A stretch of DNA of 42,158 nt, taken from NCBI GenBank assembly GCA_045659525.1, contig JAZOXE010000104.1:1-42158 (forward strand), read 5' to 3'. Positions 37,522-42,158 of the stretch are shown piece after piece. Source of the DNA: Faecousia sp. (GTDB lineage: Bacteria; Bacillota; Clostridia; Oscillospirales; Oscillospiraceae). A program made the translations under genes and the position numbers. How positions within the stretch are numbered: the first letter of the stretch is position 1; each line of letters opens with the position of its first letter. Below the pieces are notes generated by a model. It did no database searches, was not told the DNA's origin, and saw only the letters and a program-made list of their open reading frames with translations.

Positions 37522-37590
37522 GACTGTAAGGTTTAGATGTTCCGGTTTCTTTGTTATTGTGCCCCGGGTCGCCCCGGGGCTGTTGTTTTC

Positions 37591-37788
37591 TTACCAGATT
37601 GTCACATCTTGACAATGTATCCCCCTCTTGAAGCATTCCGCATATAGCATATCCTCATCTTTCATCGCGGAAAGAATAGCGGCATCCCGTGTCCGGACCA
37701 ACTGCCAGTACGTGCAGCCCAAATCTTCACAGATGTACTCGATGAAATACTTTGTTTCCGTCCTTTTGGCTAATTCTACTGTTGTCAT
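37591..37788 (-). CDS. Hypothetical protein
   Basis: First gene behind leader copy 5. Confidence 0.7.
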   Translation of the reverse strand: MTTVELAKRTETKYFIEYICEDLGCTYWQLVRTRDAAILSAMKDEDMLYAECFKRGIHCQDVTIW

Positions 37789-37805
37789 GGTCTTTTGTCT
37801 TTATT

Positions 37806-37906
37806 CTGTGAACCGGCACAGTCCGTTTTGTCTCATATTGACGGTACAAAGATATAAAGCCGTTTTTTGATTTCCAAAGGAATTAACTTTTGTTAAGATT
37901 TTTTAA
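37806..37906 (-). promoter_or_regulatory. Early promoter plus structured leader, copy 5
   Basis: TTAA at 37883/37893/37903; TTTG 37875-37878; -7 box 37847-37854; leader 37806-37842. Confidence 0.85.
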
Positions 37907-37909
37907 CAT

Positions 37910-38461
37910 TCAGTCCAAAAACAGTTTCACATGCTCCCGTTCCGGCAATTGTGCCTTTAACCATTTCGGTTCGTGTACCAGCACCCACCGACCGAAATAC
38001 AGAATGTTCAACGCATCCGCATTCCAGAGCGTGACACGGCTGTTCGGAAATTTTTCTGCCGCAAACATCTTGTATCTTCGTTTCTTTTCCGCCCTCGTTT
38101 CGCCGGAACCAGCCCTTCGCAGTCCAAGATATGCAGACCATTTCCCGGGATGCACCATGATATACGGGATGTCAAGCGTTCCCATTATGGCTTTCAGATG
38201 TTCGAAATTTGCCATCATTTTCTGAATGCGGTACATCTTTCCCATCGCAGCACATCCATCCTGCACCGCCACATCATCCGGACGGACAGACAATTTTTCC
38301 AGAAAAACGACCGTGTTATAACGCTCTGCATACATCGCCAATATGTCTTTTATCTGGCCGATTTCCTTCGGCATCCGGTACGTCTGCACATCATCCCCGA
38401 CAGCAACGGCAATGCCGCCGCCGGATATGCCGGGGTCTATCGCAATGACACATTCAATCAT
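37910..38461 (-). CDS. RuvC-like Holliday junction resolvase
   Basis: IAIDPGISGG, VFLEK, V.P.KW, ADAL. Confidence 0.85.
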   Translation of the reverse strand: MIECVIAIDPGISGGGIAVAVGDDVQTYRMPKEIGQIKDILAMYAERYNTVVFLEKLSVRPDDVAVQDGCAAMGKMYRIQKMMANFEHLKAIMGTLDIPYIMVHPGKWSAYLGLRRAGSGETRAEKKRRYKMFAAEKFPNSRVTLWNADALNILYFGRWVLVHEPKWLKAQLPEREHVKLFLD

Positions 38462-38603
38462 AATTCAATTTTAAAATATCCCTCCATGAATTGTTTTGCA
38501 TCAACAGCAAGTTCACTGAACAGCCCCCCGCTTATCGCCGATTGGTAATTCTCCATATTCTTGCAGAAAAGACGCATGAAAAAACCATTGTATGCACTGC
38601 CAT

Positions 38604-39290
38604 TTATCTTGCTGTAATATTCTGTGTGTGTGTGTGTGTGTCAAGGTGCTTTTGATACGCCTTTATCTGGCTTTTCAACAGCATAGGAAAACGCATAAAA
38701 TCCGCCTTCCCCTCATCACTTTGCAACGGACACGCCAGACATCCGAGCCTTCGCTCAACATGAAAATTCCCATCCGAATCATAATAGAGAGGTGCGCATT
38801 TTATCCCCCTATCCCGGATGAATGTTTCAACATCTTCATTAGACCATTCAAGGATAGGAAGATAAACTTTCACTTTCTCATCCTTCGCATACACGCGACA
38901 TATCTCCGGTTCTTTATACCGCTCGTATCTTTTCGCGCTCTCGCATCTTCTTATTCCTTGAATAGCACGGTCATGAATTTTGTATTCCTTGAGATACTGA
39001 CAACAGAACCTGCGGAATCTGGACGGAAGTCCCTTCTTTTCGATTAATTCATTAAACGTGAATTGGGGCTGTATTATCCGTACCTGTTTTTCCCTGCAAT
39101 GTGCAATCGTCCCGGGCGGGTCTATTGTTGTGTTCCTGTATATAGGGAAAAATTTGATTCCGGACATTCTCGCAAGTTCCAGAATAACATCGGAATCCTT
39201 TCCGCCACTATAACATAGTTCTACCGGACCATCCTGCGGGATTGAGCGTAGCAGCGTAATGGCAAAGTCTATCTTCCGTTTTAAATTCAT
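38604..39290 (-). CDS. PAPS-reductase-family protein, C-terminally truncated by a microsatellite frameshift (full length would end at 38458)
   Basis: YSGGKDS PP-loop, RFCC..LKE, GIR..ES..R, RLGCLACP. Confidence 0.85.
   Translation of the reverse strand: MNLKRKIDFAITLLRSIPQDGPVELCYSGGKDSDVILELARMSGIKFFPIYRNTTIDPPGTIAHCREKQVRIIQPQFTFNELIEKKGLPSRFRRFCCQYLKEYKIHDRAIQGIRRCESAKRYERYKEPEICRVYAKDEKVKVYLPILEWSNEDVETFIRDRGIKCAPLYYDSDGNFHVERRLGCLACPLQSDEGKADFMRFPMLLKSQIKAYQKHLDTHTHTQNITAR
38623..38641. repeat. (TG)9 / (CA)9 microsatellite
   Basis: Directly visible. Confidence 0.95.
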
Positions 39291-39619
39291 TGCTTTACAA
39301 GTTCTTTGATTGTCACATCCCGGAACGCCTTGATGCCGAAAATATCCGCAATCATCTTTTCTGCCTTCGCTCCCTTGCTGTTTTCCCAACCCGGAAGCAG
39401 AAAGATGTAATCGCACCTTAAAAGTACATAAATATCCGCTGCAAGCACGAATCGGTATCCGAATAAGTTATATAACGGCCAACGGGCAAGAAGCCGCCTT
39501 GCCGGATTAAATGGCCGAAATCCGAATGCCCGCAAAACATCTTCCGCCGCATCAAATTCTTTGAGATAATCCACCTTGTTACGCCCGGATATTGCACCGC
39601 TGATATATACCCGTTTCAT
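39287..39619 (-). CDS. DUF4406-like (nucleoside deoxyribosyltransferase-like fold) protein
   Basis: RVYISGAISG, FNPA, CD.IFLLPGWENSKGA..E. Confidence 0.85.
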   Translation of the reverse strand: MKRVYISGAISGRNKVDYLKEFDAAEDVLRAFGFRPFNPARRLLARWPLYNLFGYRFVLAADIYVLLRCDYIFLLPGWENSKGAKAEKMIADIFGIKAFRDVTIKELVKQ

Positions 39620-39873
39620 TTTCTTTCAAGTTTACCTTCGATAAACTCCATTACATCTTCAATCGCAAACCTGTAACCATCCGTGACATGGCTATCTTCC
39701 ATTTTCCTAAAGGTGTCTTCGCGCCTTTCCCACAGCCACGCCCGAACAGCGTCCAGCGTGTCAATCGCCGAAACAGCCATGCTGATTGCTTCAATCCGTT
39801 GCTCATCCAGCCAGCAGTGGCCGCCGTGCGGATATAGTTGCCGCAGATATTTTATCGCTTCGTCTGTTGTCAT
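39616..39873 (-). CDS. Hypothetical protein
   Basis: MTTDEAIKYL..., ATGA overlaps. Confidence 0.7.
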   Translation of the reverse strand: MTTDEAIKYLRQLYPHGGHCWLDEQRIEAISMAVSAIDTLDAVRAWLWERREDTFRKMEDSHVTDGYRFAIEDVMEFIEGKLERK

Positions 39874-40109
39874 ATATCTACCTGTTTGTGGACTATTGGC
39901 AGACACGGGTACGGCTGGCGCGTGAAGAACACTACACCCACACGGGATATTTCCTCCGGGCTGAACGTGGAGCCATGATACGCAAAACCATCCGACTTTA
40001 CATGCCGTGCTTTCTCTATCGCGGCCGGTTCGTTCATAACGCCGTCAAACAGGCAGTAGTGCGATTCGCGCCTGCCTTTCTTAATCACCGCCCAAATAGT
40101 ACAGTCCAT
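39870..40109 (-). CDS. Hypothetical protein
   Basis: 79-aa ORF. Confidence 0.6.
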   Translation of the reverse strand: MDCTIWAVIKKGRRESHYCLFDGVMNEPAAIEKARHVKSDGFAYHGSTFSPEEISRVGVVFFTRQPYPCLPIVHKQVDI

Positions 40110-40112
40110 AGC

Positions 40113-40499
40113 CTATCTTGTTTTTGTGTCATACATTCCTTTCGGAGCGGGCAGTGCCAGCCCCTTCTCAATTAAGCCGCGATAGTCAAAATAATGAGCA
40201 TTGAGCCAATCATACTTTTCTTGAGAGAAGGTAATATCTACACATTCATCTATGTAAAATTTTCCATCGCACTCCCAAGTGACGGCATCAGTAAATTCCT
40301 TCTTTTCGTCCTCAGTCATACTCTCCATTGGACGGAGATATGGTTTGATGTCCCAAATGTTAAAAGCAGCAAGATGAAATGGAGAAAGTTTCACATCTTC
40401 ACGCAATCTTCCATTGACATTGCGAACGCTTACAATTGTGTCATACGGCAACCTCGCACAAAGGTCGTTAAATGATAATTTTCTGTCTTGCTCGTTCAT
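40113..40499 (-). CDS. Conserved phage hypothetical protein
   Basis: DLCARLPY, IKPYLRPMESMT, FDYRGLIEKGLAL. Confidence 0.75.
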   Translation of the reverse strand: MNEQDRKLSFNDLCARLPYDTIVSVRNVNGRLREDVKLSPFHLAAFNIWDIKPYLRPMESMTEDEKKEFTDAVTWECDGKFYIDECVDITFSQEKYDWLNAHYFDYRGLIEKGLALPAPKGMYDTKTR

Positions 40500-40930
40500 T
40501 TTCTTTTTCGTTTTAATTTAGTTACTTCATTATTCGCGTTTCCAAGGGCATCCGTCCATCGCAGGTTGGCTACCCGGTTGTCCTGGCGAACGGTGTTGAT
40601 GTGGTCAACGTAGTTCATGCCGGATATACGCGGAAGGAATGCCTGCGCCACAATGCGATGAACCATGACGGCACTTGTCCACCCGTTTCGGCGGAGATAC
40701 ACTGCTGCGTAGCCACTCTTCTGAACGTACTGCTTGAGTACCTTGTTGTCCTTCTTGCGCATCACGCATCCATCCTCATTAACCATATAGTCAGGCCAGC
40801 CTTGCACATCACGCCATTGACAGTGCTCAGATTCATACTCATCGCATCCATATTCATCACATTCAGTATATCCGCACACGCAGATACCGTCAACAAGATT
40901 AATGCAAGGTTTTATTTCTTCGTTTGTCAT
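40496..40930 (-). CDS. NUMOD4-HNH endonuclease
   Basis: WRDVQGWPDYMVNEDG, VHRIVAQAF, VDHINTVRQDNRVANLRW. Confidence 0.9.
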   Translation of the reverse strand: MTNEEIKPCINLVDGICVCGYTECDEYGCDEYESEHCQWRDVQGWPDYMVNEDGCVMRKKDNKVLKQYVQKSGYAAVYLRRNGWTSAVMVHRIVAQAFLPRISGMNYVDHINTVRQDNRVANLRWTDALGNANNEVTKLKRKRK

Positions 40931-41091
40931 AGTTTATCTTGTGTTATTTGTCCTTGATTAGCGTACCAATGAATCATCCGTCCCATCAATTCCAAACGTA
41001 TATCATTGCTTGGACGATTATGTTCTACCCAAAATTTGACTAAAACAGAGTTCAATTCATAGAACAATTTGTCTTTCTCTTCTTGTGTCAT
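40927..41091 (-). CDS. Hypothetical protein (54 aa, not in ORF track)
   Basis: MTQEEKDKLFYEL..., ATGA overlap with the HNH gene. Confidence 0.6.
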   Translation of the reverse strand: MTQEEKDKLFYELNSVLVKFWVEHNRPSNDIRLELMGRMIHWYANQGQITQDKL

Positions 41092-41094
41092 TGT

Positions 41095-41364
41095 TTATTC
41101 CTCCATTGCTTTACGGAAGTCTTCAACTTTGTTTTTTGAATACGCAATTACTCTTGACCCGTCTAACACCACCAGTTGCCATTGCCCATCCTTGTACTCG
41201 TCTAATGTCTGGTAGATACCCGATAAACCACATCTGATGGTAAGATACATACCATCTTCTTTCACTGGGTAATGTGCTGGTTTAAACGGCTCTTCATCCG
41301 TAAAATCAAATATCCTTCTATCGTAGGACTTAATTTTCTTGTAAATTTCATCTTGTGTGTTCAT
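41095..41364 (-). CDS. Hypothetical protein
   Basis: 89 aa, ends EDFRKAMEE. Confidence 0.7.
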   Translation of the reverse strand: MNTQDEIYKKIKSYDRRIFDFTDEEPFKPAHYPVKEDGMYLTIRCGLSGIYQTLDEYKDGQWQLVVLDGSRVIAYSKNKVEDFRKAMEE

Positions 41365-41367
41365 AGT

Positions 41368-41592
41368 CTATTCCTCCATTAATTCGATTTTAATCTTGGC
41401 AATCCCGAGATGTTTATGTGTTGTACAATCATATTCGTATCTACCACAAGTTGCATTATCTAACTCTTCGAGAGTTTCTCGTACAACTCCATTTTTGTAT
41501 TCAACTTTATGCGGATTATACGGGTTTGTTGTTGTATATTCCGTTTTGTACACATGCGTGTAACCTTCTATTGGAAATTTATTGTAACACAT
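41368..41592 (-). CDS. Hypothetical protein
   Basis: 74 aa, ends LMEE. Confidence 0.6.
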   Translation of the reverse strand: MCYNKFPIEGYTHVYKTEYTTTNPYNPHKVEYKNGVVRETLEELDNATCGRYEYDCTTHKHLGIAKIKIELMEE

Positions 41593-41595
41593 TGT

Positions 41596-42135
41596 CTATT
41601 CCTCCATTGCTTTTCGGAAGTCCTCGTACATGCTGCCCACCTCTTCGTCGTAGTCGGGGTGTGCCTCGTACACCTTCGCAACCCTCTCTTCCTCCGGCAG
41701 CGATTTCGCGTATTTGTCATCGGCATCGCGCAGGGCCTCCGCCGGCGTGTCGCCGTGGGCAAAGCATCCGCCCGACTTGGCGACGTAGCACGGCACGATG
41801 TCCACATTGCTGCGCAGCGTCGCGGCCTTCGCGACGTCCCCCTTGATGGCGTAGATGATGGTCGGAACGCCGTCAACGTCATACACCTTGCGGCCTTCTA
41901 TCTCCGTTATTCCGTCGCCGTAGCCGTTGCCGTAGCCGTAGCCGTCGCCGTAGCCGTTGCCGTCGCCGTAGCCGTTGCCGTAGCCGTAGCCGTCGCCGTA
42001 GCCGGAGCCGTTGCCGTAGCCGGAGCCGTCGCCGTAGCCGGAGCCGTCGCCGTAGCCGTAGCCGTCGCCGTAGCCGGAGCCGTCGCCGGAGCCGTCGCCG
42101 GAGCTCAACCACCGGTCTATCATCACCGCGTCCAT
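41596..42135 (-). CDS. Gly-Asp/Tyr repeat protein (GDGYG/GSGYG)
   Basis: ~65-aa G-X repeat then a globular domain (FAHGDT); ends EDFRKAMEE. Confidence 0.8.
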   Translation of the reverse strand: MDAVMIDRWLSSGDGSGDGSGYGDGYGYGDGSGYGDGSGYGNGSGYGDGYGYGNGYGDGNGYGDGYGYGNGYGDGITEIEGRKVYDVDGVPTIIYAIKGDVAKAATLRSNVDIVPCYVAKSGGCFAHGDTPAEALRDADDKYAKSLPEEERVAKVYEAHPDYDEEVGSMYEDFRKAMEE

Positions 42136-42158
42136 ACCGGCTGCTTGTACAGGTTGTC

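Larger units (their letters stand above)
1..42158. mobile_element. Complete tailed phage genome (siphovirus-like, probable Bacteroidota host)
   Basis: Terminase, portal, capsid, tape measure, holin and endolysin genes; terminal overlap closes the circle; Bacteroidota-type promoters. Confidence 0.95.

Noticed and set aside
41911-42102. GCCGTAGCCG repeats as CRISPR or guide array
   Set aside because: No unique spacers; codon-phased repeat encoding Gly-X
1-42158. Stop-codon reassignment or tRNA genes
   Set aside because: Genes tile densely under the standard code with TAA, TAG and TGA all used as stops; no cloverleaf noticed

Overview
Apparently complete circular (or circularly permuted) genome of a ~42.0 kb tailed phage. 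Positions 1-141 equal 42018-42158, so the unit length is 42,017 bp. The host is very likely a Bacteroidota bacterium: promoters follow TTTG-N20-TAnnTTTG, translation starts are A-rich without Shine-Dalgarno, and the capsid resembles (from recall) Bacteroides B40-8/B124-14-type siphophages. Nearly all genes are on the minus strand. They cover replication (initiator with iterons), recombination (PD-(D/E)XK exonuclease, Gp3/RDF-like, SSB, RuvC-like), anti-restriction and DNA modification (ArdC, beta-class MTase, ParB-like plus GT-A glycosyltransferase, PAPS-reductase-like), packaging, head, tail and lysis. I saw no integrase, DNA polymerase, tRNA or CRISPR. The most striking features are non-coding. 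(1) Five early promoters share a cassette of phased TTAA boxes (exact in four copies), a sigma-A promoter, a 5' hairpin and a covarying H-type pseudoknot. (2) A tandem array of three promoter/terminator-bounded candidate small RNAs each carries an anti-AUG tract. (3) A kissing-loop/terminator leader precedes the replication operon. (4) AAAGGG-loop hairpins precede the major structural genes. (5) A (CA)9 microsatellite frameshifts the PAPS-reductase-like gene. All protein calls come from motif recognition, not database searches.
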